Source of the DNA: Eledone cirrhosa | Lineage: Eukaryota | Length of the DNA: 64,000 nucleotides | NCBI GenBank assembly: GCA_964016885.1 | Contig: OZ024740.1 | Coordinates: 283,526,001 to 283,590,000 of the forward strand | Direction of reading: 5' to 3' | Part shown: positions 1 through 14,112 of the stretch, piece by piece | How the letters are laid out: each line of letters begins with the position of its first letter | How positions within the stretch are numbered: the stretch's first letter is position 1 | Program-made: the position numbers and the translations under genes | The notes under the pieces: model-generated | What the model was told of the DNA's origin: nothing | Seen by the model: the letters and a program-made list of their open reading frames with translations, nothing else | Databases searched by the model: none

Positions 1-1030
1 TTAACTCTGTTTCCCAGGACTTCATACTTTTGCTCAACAACTGTCTGATGTTATCTGCCATCTTGAAGATCTCTAGGCTTTTGGTTATCCAAGAATGAGG
101 TACCATGTCGAATGCCTTTTTGTAATCTATCCATCCCGATTATTAGGCACGTTTTCCCACAGCTCGTCTCCTTGACGGAGCTGCAGTCCTGGGTCAGGAA
201 AAGACCGAGGGATAGCGCTTGGAAACTGGAATGTCTCCAGGCGCTCACTGCCATCTGCCAGCTGGGCACCAGTATCGGTGGAACATCTACCTCAGCGTTC
301 TATAGAGGACTAGTGGAGCGGAAGAGCGACGACGTTCTCGGAGAGATCCTGGGCGTCGAAGATCAGCTGTTTGCTCTCTTCCGGAGAACTTTCAGCCCAG
401 GGCCTATGGATAACTTCCAAAAATCCCTGGCCTGACAGTGCTACCGGGGAGCGTTGCCGGTTCGAGATAAGCTCTACAGGCACGGAAGTGCCGTTAGCCG
501 AGCTTGTCCGAGATGCGCGCAGTGCGACGAAACCGTCGCGCACGCACTCGTTCAGTGCCCGAGCATTGCTGACTTGTGGAGCTATGTCGAACAGTTGCTG
601 TCGCGTGTAGGACAGATCCGGTTATCGACTGAGTCCATTGTACAGATGGTCTCGCCGTCTTCCTTCGGCAGGCAGTTTTCATCTGCCTGTTGGCCATGGC
701 AAAAGAGATTGTGTGGGGGACAAGGATGAAAGGGTTAAAGACAGACACTTTCCTCATCGGCGAATCCCTAATTAACTTTTTCAAGTTTCAGTTGAAGAGG
801 GGAATCAGCGTGGAGAGGCAAGTGCTGCCTTCTAGCAAGTTTGTTGAAAGGTGGGAAAATGTAGCGAGAATGGTCCGAGTGAACGGGACCGCTCTGAATA
901 TACGCCTATAGTTTGAGAAATGGAAAATTGAGAGAGGGTGCTTGTCCTGGTGGTCAGGGTGGCCGTGGCCTTTTGTGTGGTTTTCGCCACGAGTAACCCT
1001 CGGATGTTTCCCCCCTATTGGGGAATTTTT
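1..1030 (+). mobile_element. L1/Tx1-like non-LTR retrotransposon, decayed ORF2 C-terminus plus 3' UTR
   Basis: Broken ORFs 112-435, 454-729 and 690-911 give LPVRDKL..CPRCAQCDETVAHALVQCP, a zf-RVT/CCHC knuckle typical of L1/Tx1 ORF2; stops and frameshifts present; homologous to 1157-1775 and 17805-18756. Confidence 0.8.
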
Positions 1031-1156
1031 CATTGTTTCAATTTTCATTTTTATTGTTTATATATATATATGTTTCTATCTCTTTTTTTTCTTTTCTTAT
1101 ATAAATAATAAAAATCTTTACACGCACAAAACCCACATCTTATCGTCCTGTACCGG

Positions 1157-1775
1157 AGCGACGAAACCGTTCTGCACGCACTCGTCCAGTGTCCGTGCAT
1201 TACTGACTTGTGGAGTTATGTCGAACAGCTGTTGTCGCGTATAGAACGGATCCGGCTATCGGCCGAGTCCATAGTGAAGATCGACCCGCCGCCTTCTTTT
1301 GTCTGGTGGCAGTAGCGAAAGAGGTTGTATGGTGGACGAGGTTGAAAGGACTGAAGACAGACACTTTTCTCTTCGGCCAATCCCTCATCAACTTTTTTAA
1401 ATTTCACTTGGAAATAAAATGAGGGTGGAGAGATAAGTGCTGTCGCCCAGTACATTTGCTGAAAGGTGGGTGAATGTGGCGAGAATGGCCCATGTGAGTG
1501 GGCCTACTCTGATCATGCGCCTGTAGGCTGGTGAATTTGAGGAGGAGAGGGGTGCCCTTCTCGAGTTCCCTCGAAGCGTCGGGTGGTTCAGGATGGGTGG
1601 GGTAGCTCAGTAAACGCCGGGTGGTTATCCTCCCTATTGGGCAATTTTCATTGTTGTATTTTTCTTGTTTATTGTTATTGCTTTCCTATTTTTTATCAGA
1701 TTTTTGTGTAAAACCCCACTGTCCCCGTAAATTGTATTGTCCCCTATATGTCGGCCCTTGTGGCCAATAAATGAA
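1157..1775 (+). mobile_element. Second 5'-truncated L1/Tx1-like 3' end
   Basis: Repeats 524-910 (CLVAVAKEVVWWTRLKGLKTDTFLFGQSLINFFKFHL); ends GCCCTTGTGGCCAATAAA, followed by (ATT)n/(AGT)n. Confidence 0.8.
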
Positions 1776-1802
1776 ACCAGTATTATTAATTATTATTATT
1801 AT

Positions 1803-1855
<53 letters not shown>

Positions 1856-2466
1856 TTTTAGTTGCTGTTGCTTTTGCTTTTTCTGTTGTTACTGTTAATA
1901 TTCTATTGTATAAATCAAATTTCAGCTATAATAACATACATATGCCAGTAACATGTCGTTCGCACGTTACCTTTATGACCTCATCTAGCTGTAATCGAAT
2001 CATATGACGAAATTTAATACATGGCCTGTACATAGGGCTTTGTTGTCTCCGTTGATCATCAAATATTGCAAATACTACTCAGAACAGAACAAGGATGGTT
2101 TGACTGGACGTTTGACATTGACCTACAATTTCGACGGGTTATATTTCCCTTACGTTTTAGCTCTTTTATCCTGTTCTATTACTTGCTAGTATACCAAGTA
2201 CACATCGTTTACATGCACATAACTGTAACTCATATATAAATCATATGTATCTAGCGTTTACTATAAAATTATTTTATGAGTAGTGTGAAATAGAGCCGAT
2301 ATTTCACATCCCACCTGAGTTTCCTGTCTGCTTTCGGCACCTACGTATTCCATCTGGTATAGGCTTATTTTCATCATGAACGTATACGCACTGGGGTTGA
2401 TATGATCGAGTAAATCAATACGATACACCAATATGGCCGCAGTATAAAGATTGAAATCAGTAGACA

Positions 2467-3699
<1,233 letters not shown>

Positions 3700-3838
3700 G
3701 TAGATAAATCTAACAAAATATACGGTAGTGTCCAATCCGTATGAAGAACTCAATGTAATCCAAATATAGAAGATATCATGAAAAGAGACGATGCATTCAA
3801 AAATTTACGATAAAAATCATAAAAAAACAGATTCAAGA

Positions 3839-4075
3839 TAAATTAATAAAAACAATGAAATAAACACAAAGAACAAATTCTTTATATTAAAAAATTCATC
3901 ATTTTACGATCGTTTCTGGGATGTATATGTTCCTCTGATAATTTGTAATATTTTTACATAGATCTATATGATATACATACCAACACACATATACATCCCA
4001 GAAACGATCGTAAAATGATGAATTTTTTAATATAAAAACTTGTTCTTTGTGTGTATTTCATTGTTTTTATTAATT

Positions 4076-4077
<2 letters not shown>
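3839..4077. repeat. Inverted repeat (about 91-bp arms, 56-nt spacer) carrying the 3' half of a hammerhead
   Basis: 3839-3930 is the near reverse complement of 3987-4077; right arm reads GAAA-CGATCG-TA at 4001-4012 (palindromic stem III plus cleavage triplet); no CUGANGA. Confidence 0.75.
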
Positions 4078-4106
<29 letters not shown>

Positions 4107-4107
4107 T

Positions 4108-4175
<68 letters not shown>

Positions 4176-4273
4176 CATGTATATATACATATATATATAC
4201 GTTATTCCGGGTTGAAACGGAGGTAACCACAGTAAGTAAGGTACTCAATACATAGCAGAGTATAACAGTTTTA

Positions 4274-4334
4274 ATATAGATGAGATTCTACAGGACTAAT
4301 GAATGAAACAGTTCTAGTCCTGTAGAATCTCATC

Positions 4335-4338
<4 letters not shown>
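4274..4338. repeat. Perfect hairpin of about 24 bp
   Basis: TATAGATGAGATTCTACAGGACTA / TAGTCCTGTAGAATCTCATCTATA with a 16-nt loop containing GAAAC; abuts (TA)n. Confidence 0.8.
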
Positions 4339-4412
<74 letters not shown>

Positions 4413-4431
4413 CATACATATATATATATAT

Positions 4432-4512
<81 letters not shown>

Positions 4513-4579
4513 CATATATATATATATAAATATATATATATACATACATATATTTATATATATATATACATATATATAC

Positions 4580-4611
<32 letters not shown>

Positions 4612-4628
4612 TTATGTATATATATATT

Positions 4629-4847
<219 letters not shown>

Positions 4848-4923
4848 GTATATATGTATGTATATATATGTATATGTATATATATATCAATTATATAACT
4901 CTCGGCAAAATCGAAGAGGTATG

Positions 4924-4969
4924 TAGTCTTGACAACCACTTACAATTGAGAAACGGTCACCGTCGATTA
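4924..4969 (+). ncRNA. Type I hammerhead ribozyme, U3-A8 core variant
   Basis: Stem I TAGTC/GATTA, core TTGACAA 4929-4935, GAAA 4950-4953, stem III CGG/CCG, GUC site at 4964; distal stem CTCGGCAAAA/TTTTGCCGAG; stem II weak. Confidence 0.55.
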
Positions 4970-5256
4970 GTCCCCTTTGCTTTTGCCGAGACTAGATATG
5001 TGACGTTAGTCACTACTTATAAATTCATGGCGAATGGCCTTTAAAATGTTTTTAAATAAACGTACAGTATATTATTAAATATACTATACGTACATTCATA
5101 TATACATCGCCCTTTCAGAGCACTAATGCTCATTTCTAATGTTTGCCCGACCGGCAATCACTCTGTATGTTAATGAGTTTAAACAGCTCATAAACATAAC
5201 TGCAATTCTATAAGAATCCAGGTTCTATAACTTTAGGCAAAAGCGAAGACGTATGA

Positions 5257-5300
5257 AGTCTTGACAACCACTTACAACTGAGAAACGGTCACCGTCGATT
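5257..5300 (+). ncRNA. Type I hammerhead ribozyme, U3-A8 core variant (second copy)
   Basis: TTGACAA 5261-5267, GAAA 5282-5285, CGGtcaCCG-TC site at 5296; distal stem GGCAAAAGC/GCTTTTGCC. Confidence 0.55.
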
Positions 5301-5568
5301 ACTATGCTTTTGCCATGACTAAATATGTGCCGTTAGACACTACTTTAAAATTCATAGCGAATGGCCTTCAAAATGTTTTTAAATAAACATAGAGTATATT
5401 TATTAAATATACAATACGTGCATTCATATATATATATATATATATTATAAAATAATATATATGACTTGAGGGCGGCCGATCGAGGTAGAAGCTGCTAAAT
5501 GTTCGGTCGCCCTCATGTCTCAGATTTTGCCATGGATTTTGCCTATTTATTCCTTTGTTATATTTCAA

Positions 5569-5626
5569 ATACCTGATGATGTCACCGGATTCATACTGAA
5601 TCCGGTCATTGAAATGATCATAGTAT
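5569..5626 (+). ncRNA. Minimal type I hammerhead ribozyme
   Basis: ATAC-CTGATGA(5573-5579)-stem II ACCGGATTCA/TGAATCCGGT-GAAA(5611-5614)-TGATCA-TA^GTAT; stem III palindrome ATGATCAT. Confidence 0.85.
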
Positions 5627-5837
5627 AATAAACCTTTCAAGGATTTACACCAGTCCAGCCTCCTGTTATTTTATAATAATTAACTCCGCACTTGCACCAC
5701 CAACTATACAAACGAAGACGGGTGAGTTGCATTACGTTGAGTGCTCTCCATAATATTACATCGAGGTTGACCATACGGAATGACCAGTTCTATCCAGTAG
5801 TAAACCAACAAACCTACATAAATAAATATAAATATAT

Positions 5838-5944
<107 letters not shown>

Positions 5945-6206
5945 GTGCATACATTTGAGACATACGAATACTGAAGTCCTACAAAGCATTGGGCGAAGAT
6001 TCACCAGTATAGGCTCAACATGTTGTACAACTGACAGCAGAAAGCAATAGCTTACCCATATAGTTATTGTTTACCGATAGGTGTAATAGAACAGCAATAA
6101 ATAATTGGCAGAAGTATTGCTACTACTACCGACACTGGTAAAAAAAAAAATGACATGAAACTCTGGCTATCAACCAAATACAAATGTTGGTAAACATTAT
6201 TAAAAT

Positions 6207-6392
6207 GGTGGATTGGCAGTATCCGTGGAGGGTCGGACGCCATGCTTTCCAGCATAGTTACGTCCCTTTACGATCTGAGTTCAAATCCCGCCGAGGTTGA
6301 CTTTGCCTTTCATCCTTACGGGGTCGATAAAATAAAGTACTAGTAATGCACTGGGTAATTGCTGGCCTTGTGCCTAAAGTAGAAACAATTAT
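6207..6392 (+). mobile_element. tRNA-derived SINE family A
   Basis: TGGCAGTATC (A-box-like), GAGTTCAAATCCC (B-box), core GCCTTTCATCCTTACGGGGTCGATAAAATAAAGTAC, end GTAGAAACAATT; about 20 copies in the window. Confidence 0.85.
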
Positions 6393-6699
6393 TAAAATAG
6401 TAGTAAATTGTCCTTATGTTTCTATGACGTTCGAATTTTAGTTTCTATTGTGTCACGATGTATACAGACAACATTCAATACTTTGCTGATATCAACATTT
6501 CGAATTATATACCTGATATCTTTCTCTTGACCTTTCATGCCATTCAACAAACTACACCACAGTAAAGACTAGGTTTCACTTCAGAGTTGTAAAACAATTC
6601 AACTGTGAACAATAGTTAGTCTACCAGACACAAGTATGACCTACATTGCAACGCTGCTCACATGTCTGGTCTGAGCCAATGTTGCTGCTAGGAGTCTTG

Positions 6700-6852
<153 letters not shown>

Positions 6853-7003
6853 ATATATTTATATATAAATATATATATATATATATATAAGTTGAAAAAA
6901 AATGAAAACGAAATTTCATTTCTCACTCTTAGTATGGCACTTACTTAAATGTAAGTATGTATGTATACGTACATACATATATGTATACAGACGTACAGTA
7001 GCA

Positions 7004-7055
<52 letters not shown>

Positions 7056-7201
7056 TACATACAGGTACACATACATATATGCACGCAACAGTTTAGCGGA
7101 CGCTTATTATAACGCCGCTTTGTTCGTTTGTAAACAAACTGAACAGCCTGAATTTATGCCATACGTCTGTATACATATATGTATGTACGTATACATACAT
7201 A

Positions 7202-7295
<94 letters not shown>

Positions 7296-7308
7296 AGTGT
7301 GGGTGTGT

Positions 7309-7397
<89 letters not shown>

Positions 7398-7407
7398 GTA
7401 AAAAGAA

Positions 7408-7607
7408 NNNNNNNNNNNNNNNNNNNNNNNNNNNNNNNNNNNNNNNNNNNNNNNNNNNNNNNNNNNNNNNNNNNNNNNNNNNNNNNNNNNNNNNNNNNNN
7501 NNNNNNNNNNNNNNNNNNNNNNNNNNNNNNNNNNNNNNNNNNNNNNNNNNNNNNNNNNNNNNNNNNNNNNNNNNNNNNNNNNNNNNNNNNNNNNNNNNNN
7601 NNNNNNN
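7408..7607. other. Assembly gap (200 N)
   Basis: N run between (GT)n and (TA)n tracts. Confidence 1.
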
Positions 7608-7876
<269 letters not shown>

Positions 7877-7879
7877 ATA

Positions 7880-8160
7880 AGCAAAAGGGATATTTAATTT
7901 GTTGGTAATTCAACAAATATAAATGTTTATAACTGATTCAAAGCACTCGACAGTTTTTCCGGAGTATAATATTCAATGATATTAAATAAATGGAAACTAT
8001 ATTTATAAAACCATATTTATTCTATTATATATATTTCAAGGGTACCAAAACTTTGGTACGCTCTCATCAGATAAAATACAAAGTTTGTTTTATAAATATT
8101 GACATAACCAGGAAGAAGATCTTAACGGTTCAAGTTTTTCCTGGATAGTAAAGGAAAGAA
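7880..8160 (-). mobile_element. AT-rich HHR-bearing non-coding element (family F3)
   Basis: Shares AAATGGAAACTATATTTATAAAACCATATTTATT and AAAGCACTCGAC with 35472-35937, 36160-36358, 50714-51150; partial sharing with 61270-61427; flanked by (TA)n. Confidence 0.8.
8018..8078 (-). ncRNA. Minimal type I hammerhead ribozyme (F3)
   Basis: Minus strand TATTTTAT-CTGATGA-gagcGTACCAAA gt TTTGGTACcctt-GAAA-TATATA-TA^ATAGAATA; 8-bp stem I with one GU pair. Confidence 0.85.
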
Positions 8161-8346
8161 GGGAACGAGAAGAAATATATATATATATATATGTGTGTAT
8201 GTATATATATATATGTATGTATACATACATTGTTGGGAGGGTCATGCTGTCAATAAAAACATGCACCTGTGGAATTTCACTTCAATTTATTAGAAATTTC
8301 CAGTTGCTTAGTTTAATAGCCTGTATGGTTATTTATATGTTTATTG

Positions 8347-8387
8347 TCAAAGTTCTTTCGCCACACATTCCGTGACCTCCTCAGTGA
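8347..8387 (-). ncRNA. Minimal type I hammerhead ribozyme (F4), in element 8230-8410
   Basis: Minus strand TCA-CTGAGGA-gGTCAC..GTGGC-GAAA-gaac-TT^TGA; homolog of 37274-37318. Confidence 0.7.
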
Positions 8388-8493
8388 GTAATTTCTTATT
8401 TTCTGTCTCTCCTTTGTTCTGTACTACACCATCTTATTTTTGTGAGCTATGTTGTATACTTGGGCTGTGCATGCGTTACATCGGCGCGCGCGC

Positions 8494-8620
<127 letters not shown>

Positions 8621-8637
8621 TGTGTGTGTGCGCGTGC

Positions 8638-8718
<81 letters not shown>

Positions 8719-8989
8719 TGTGTGTGTGTGTGCTTCCTATCGAGAGTAGAGGGAGTTGACAAAGATATTATAATTTGCATTTGAACCAATTAATAGTGGA
8801 ATAGAGATGATTGACAGGGCAAATATTTGATTATTGATCTGAGCAATTCTTGGATGACCGAATATGTTTAATTAACGTCTGCAATCAAAAATAAGTTGGT
8901 TTATTGCAGTTATACCTAATTGTAGAGTTATTATTGCGATTGATATTTATGTTTAGAGTTCTTTATTGTGTTGTTAGTGATGTTGTTGT

Positions 8990-9752
8990 TGGTGGTGGTA
9001 GTGGTGGTTGTGGTGGTGGTGGTGGTATTGGTGGTGGTAGTGGTGGTTGTGGTGGTGGTGATGGTATCGGTGGTTGTGGTGGTGGTTGTGGTGGTGGTGG
9101 TGGTATTGGTGGTGGTGGTGGTGGTATTGGTGGTGGTGGTGGTGGTATTGGTGGTGGTTGTGGTGGTGGTGGTGGTATTGGTGGTGGTAGTGGTGGTTGT
9201 GGTGGTGGTGATGGTATCGGTGGTTGTGGTGGTGGTTGTGGTGGTGGTGGTGGTATTGGTGGTGGTGGTGGTGGTATTGGTGGTGGTGGTGGTATTGGTG
9301 GTGGTTGTGGTGGTGGTGGTGATATTGGTGGTGGTGGTGGTGGTGGGTGATGGTGGTGGTGGTGGTGGTATTGGTGGTGGTGGTGGTATTGGTGGGTGAT
9401 GGTGGTGGTGGTGGTGGGTGGTGGTGGTGGTGGTATTGGTGGTGCTAGTGGTGGTGGTGGTGGTGGTGGTGGTGGTGGTGGTAGTGGTATTGGTGGTGGT
9501 GGTGGTGGGTGATGGTGGTGGTGGTATTGGTGGTGGTGGTGGTGGGTGATGGTGGTGGTGGTGGTGGTATTGGTGGTGGTGGTGGTATTGGTGGTGGTGG
9601 TGGTATTGGTGGTGGTGGTGGTGGTGGTGGGTGGTGGTGGTGGTATTGGTGGTGCTGGTGGTGGTGGTGGTGGTGGTGGTGGTGGTAGTTGTAGTTATTG
9701 GTGTCGTTGTTATTGCTGGCTGTGTTTGTGCTGATGGTGGGGCTTGTAGTGA

Positions 9753-9798
<46 letters not shown>

Positions 9799-9940
9799 GC
9801 GGTGGTGAGGTGGTGATGGTGGTGGTGGTGGTGGTTGTGGTGATGGTGGTGGTGGTGGTGGTGGTCGTCGTCGTCGTCGTCGACGTCGTGACCGTGGTCG
9901 TCGTCATGGTGGTATTGGTGGTGGTGGTGTTGTTGGTGGT
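8990..9940. repeat. (GGT)n/(GTT)n trinucleotide complex
   Basis: Direct inspection; explains the poly-Gly/poly-Val ORFs. Confidence 0.95.
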
Positions 9941-10294
9941 GAAGTTGTCACGTGTGTTGATACAACGTAGTAAAGATTCTGTGATGTTATGTCAGGAGTT
10001 GTTATTCATGTTTATGTTACTGTCTATGTTATTGCTAGTGTTGCTTCCACTGTTGTTGTTTTACTGTAGTTATTATTGCGATGGATACTGGCACATCACA
10101 GTAATGTTTTAGCTATTTCATACTAGTATTTGTTGTTGCTGTTGTTTCTGAAGTTAAGGTCGTTTTTGATATTGTTGCTGTTGTTGATTTTTAGTATGTA
10201 TGTATGTATGTATGTATGTACGTACGTATGTATGTATGTATGTATGTATGTATGTATGTATGTATGTATGTACGTACGTACGTACGTACGTATG

Positions 10295-10328
<34 letters not shown>

Positions 10329-10353
10329 TGTATGTATGTATGTATGTATGTAT

Positions 10354-10588
10354 GTGCTTCACGGCACAGGTATTGTTTTATATCTGGAGATCTCTCTGCA
10401 CTTGTCGTCACATGGTACCATGGGACCCACCACTATGTGTCAGTAATTGTCACAAATGTAGTGTTTGTACCAGAGTTTTCAAGTCGCTGGCTGGACTAAA
10501 AAGTCACACTCGTTCAGCGCATCGGTAGGGGTTCTCCTACATGGATATAAAGTAGTGGCCGTACTCGAAAACAAGTTGGCAGCCACCA
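10354..10588 (+). mobile_element. RTE-like non-autonomous element, 3' end, in (TATG)n
   Basis: Encodes CSVCTRVFKSLAGLKSHTRSAHR* (terminal C2H2 typical of RTE ORF ends); 3' stem-loop then (ATGT)n. Confidence 0.75.
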
Positions 10589-10714
10589 TGTATGTATGTA
10601 TGTATGTATGTATGTATGTATGTATGTATGAATGTATGTACGTATGTATGTATGTACGTATGTATGTATGTACGTATGTATGTACGTATGTATGTATGTA
10701 CGTATGTATGTATG

Positions 10715-11116
10715 TTATCTCTTTCTCTTAATTTCGAGTATATTTTTGACCGGCCACCTTCCTAAGGGTAAGGTTGTAAAAGAAAAGAAATTGTCATCCC
10801 TTGAATCGCAAGAATGTTTTGCAAATTTTGAAGGTGCCAGCTATCGCAGCCATTTGTAGACTATCGTTTAGGGAGCTGTGCTCTTTGTCCGCAAATCCAA
10901 GTTCAGTTATACATTGGTCCAAGCGGGTTGGTATATAACCCGTAGCTCCAATAATGATGGGTATGAAGCTAAAGGTGTATCTTGGATACTGGATTTGTAA
11001 ACTCCTCATCAATGGTCCGTAGATGTCCTCCTTCTCCTGTATTTTTCTGACAACGTTTACATCAAGTGGGCAGCTGATCCCACAACAGAACACGTTTTCA
11101 ATGTGTGGTCGCACAA
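10715..11116 (-). mobile_element. R4/Dong-like RLE LINE, 5'-truncated, in (CATA)n
   Basis: ISCPLDVNVVRKIQEKEDIYGPL..IPIIIGATG; near-identical to 13112-13515. Confidence 0.8.
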
Positions 11117-11624
11117 TGTATGTATGTACGTATGTACGTACGTATGTATGTATGTACGTATGTATGTATGTACGTATGTATGTACGTATGAATGGATGTA
11201 TGTATATACGTATGTATGTACGTATGTATGTATGTATGTATGTATGTATGTATGTATGTATGTATGTATGTATGTACGTATGTATGTATGTATGTATGTA
11301 TGTACGTATGTATGTATGTATGTACGTATGTATGTATGTATGTATGTATGTACGTATGTATGTATGTATGTATGTATGTATGTATGTATGTTCTTCTGGT
11401 TCACAAAGTTTTCCCAATAGAGAGAGAGTCGGTTTCTAACATAGACACAAGACTCTCTCATTGGAATTTACACATCAACTAGGTAGATTATGTATGCATG
11501 CATGTGTAGATATGGATGTTATTGTATGTGTGAATGTGTATGTTTTGAGTTGTATGTGTGCATGTGTATATGCTTTGTATCTGCATGTGTATATGCTTTG
11601 CATGTGTATATGCTTTGTATATGC

Positions 11625-11745
11625 AGTTATTAGATGTAAAATATTTGGAATGTTTTACATACTTTTACTGTTCCATTAATGGATTGTACTTGTAATTTCC
11701 TAACTAGTTGTGTTCTTTCTGTTCCTGTGAAGCCTAGCTTCTCAG
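11625..11745 (-). mobile_element. Diverged R4/Dong-like extreme 3' fragment
   Basis: KLGFTGTERTQLVRKLQVQSINGTVKVCKTF parallels ELGFADK..SLQMAAIAGTFKICKTF. Confidence 0.6.
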
Positions 11746-11956
11746 TATGTATGTATGTATGTATGTATGTATGTATGTATGTATGTGTGTATGTATGTGT
11801 GTATGTATGTGTGTATGTATGTATGTATGTATGTACGTACGTACGTACGTACGTATGTATGTATGTATGTATGTATGTATGTATGTATGTATGTGTGTAT
11901 GTATGTATGTATGTATGTATGTATGTATGTATGTATGTATGTATGTATGTATGTAT

Positions 11957-12280
11957 GTGAAGGTGCATGGCTTTTTGGTTAGGGTATTCGGCTCACAATC
12001 TTAAGGTCATGAGTTCGATTCCCCTTGGCACGTTGTGTCCTTGAACAAGACACTTTATTTCACATTGCTCCAGTCCACTCAGCTGGCAAAAATGAGTTGT
12101 ACCTGTAATTGGAAGGGCCAGCCATGTCACATTATGTGTCACGATGAATCTCCCTGAGAACTACGTTAAGAATACGCGTGTCTGTGGAATGCTCAGACAC
12201 TTGGACATTAATTTCAGGAGCTGGTTGATCTGTTGATCGAATCAATGGAAAACTCTTCGTCGTAACCGAAGGAGTGCCAG
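11957..12280 (+). mobile_element. tRNA-derived SINE family B, tail type 1
   Basis: GTGAAGG..TGGC..TGGTTAG head, GAGTTCGATTCC B-box, GTGTCCTTGAACAAGACACTTTATTTCAC domain; same tail at 57099-57416 (-). Confidence 0.85.
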
Positions 12281-12616
12281 TAGTCGTATGTATGCATGTA
12301 TGCATGTATGCATTTATGTATGTATGTTAAATCTAAAGTCTCTCCAAAGCCAAGAGGTTCATCAGTCCGGAGGTTATCCAGGTTTCATTAACGTTGATCA
12401 ACTCAAAAAACAAGTGTGACCCATCACAATGTTAATCACACGAGTACTCCTTTTCAGTAACGATAAATGAAGTACTTTGTTCAAAAGATGAACCAGCCAC
12501 CCAGTACGAAAATTGAATCCATGACCTTTCGATCGTGAGCCCAACTCTCTAACCACATGTTTACGGGTTTTCATATATGTACGTTTATACATATATATAT
12601 ATATATGTATGTATGT

Positions 12617-13090
12617 GTCAGGTCGCTCTCGAGTGCTACTGGTAACATGTAACCCAGTGCAACCTGTCTCATGGTCGGGTCGCCGGCGACTAAACCGGCG
12701 ACCCGACCAAGCCTGCTTGGTGAAGAGGGTGATATCTGGACACCCTGCGGAATGAAATACAAAACCCGGCAAAGGGCGGAGGAACTCAACAGAGTCAACG
12801 GCCATCCAAATAGTACTTTTTCTTTCCACCTGGGAGTGAAAGGGTCCCCCAGCTGTTGTCACAACACCTTTCTAAGAGAAGGAAACTCTGAAAAAAAACC
12901 TACAAAATCGGAAGCATCCGATAATGTTGACCAGTTCTCCTTTTCGGGTAGTGTTTTCAATGCTCAAAGAGTGCGATTGGTTGAGTGCACGGCCTTTCCC
13001 CAGTTAAAAAACCTTCAAAGCACAGGCATTGCTTGTTCAGGATCTGTTACAAGCGATTGCAATACTCCTAGCAGAATCTGCAGCCATCAT
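12617..13090 (+). mobile_element. RTE-like 5' head/UTR fragment
   Basis: GTCAGGTC..TACTGGTAACATG..GGCGACTAAACC head shared with 44340-44520 (-) and 45060-45253 (-). Confidence 0.65.
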
Positions 13091-13111
13091 ATATGTATGT
13101 ATCTGTGTATG

Positions 13112-14063
13112 TTTTCTCTTTCTCTTAATTTCGAGTATATTTTTTTGACCGACCACCTTCCTGGTGGCAAGGTTGTAAAAGAAAAGAAATTGTCATCCCT
13201 TGAATCGCAAGAATGTTTTGCAAATTTTGAAGGTGCCAGCTATCGCAGCCATTTGTAGACTATGAATTAGGGAGCTGCGCTTTTTGTCCGCAAATCCAAG
13301 TTCAGTCATACTTTGGTCCAAGCGGGTTGGTATATAACCCGTAGCTCCAATAATGATGGGTATGAAGCTAAAGGTGTATCTTGGATACTGGATTTGTAAA
13401 CTCCTCATCAATGGTCCGTAGATGTCCTCCTTCTCCTGTATTTTTCTGACAACGTTTACATCAAGTGTGCAGCTGATCTCCACAACAGAACACGTTTTCA
13501 ATGTGTGGTCCCAAACAATAATATCAAGCCGGTTCTGCTTTAATTTGGTGGCAGTTTTTATTTTCAGGTTCCACTAGTATTCCTTAGTGCCATCTGTCTC
13601 AATATATTCTTCCTCGTTTGTTGTTAATTTTGTTTTCCGAAGTGCGTTCCAGATGGTTCTAGCTATCCCATCGTGTCTCATGGGGAGGTATTAGCGAGAT
13701 GACATTCTTTCGCAGCTGGCAACAATGTGGCTTACATCCTCGATCTTTGTTTTACATAGCCTACATTTATTGTCAGCTGCTGGCCCTCCTCTTTTGTGCA
13801 GCAGATATTTGGTAGGGAGTTCTTGTTCCTGTATTGCATAGAGATATCCCTCAAGGTGTGATGTCATAAACTTGTCGGAACTCCATGCCAGGCTTTTTGA
13901 GTGGTTTATCCCCTCTATGGTCTGTGTTTTACGCCTCAAGTATCCATGCACAACTTTTTCTGTAAATTGGTCAATTTTTTTATCTTGTTTGAACATTGAA
14001 TAGGATCTTCCGATTTCTCTGGGTGAAAGATATATATCAAGCTTTATTCCATATCTCTCCTCC
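13112..14063 (-). mobile_element. R4/Dong-like non-LTR retrotransposon, CCHC plus RLE domain, 5'-truncated, in (CATA)n
   Basis: EGYLYAIQEQ..CRLCKTKIEDVSHIVASC..RHD..NRLDIIVWD..VVEISC..K (PD-(D/E)xK type); two in-frame stops. Confidence 0.85.
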
Positions 14064-14112
14064 ATGTATGTATGTATGTATGTATGTATGTATGTATGTA
14101 TGTATGTATGTA

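Larger units (their letters stand above)
4895..5430 (+). mobile_element. Partial tandem (332-bp period) retrozyme/pLTR-like element with two variant hammerheads
   Basis: About 205-bp diverged direct repeats at about 4895-5103 and 5227-5430, flanked by (TA)n; each has AGTC-TTGACAA..GAAA-CGG-tca-CCG-TC-GATT. Confidence 0.65.

Noticed and set aside
8904-9400. Gly/Cys-rich structural protein ORF
   Set aside because: Codons are almost all GGT; part of a larger trinucleotide tract with no exon evidence
10430-10528. C2H2 zinc-finger gene exon
   Set aside because: Occurs in at least five near-identical copies as the 3' end of a retroelement with a tandem tail
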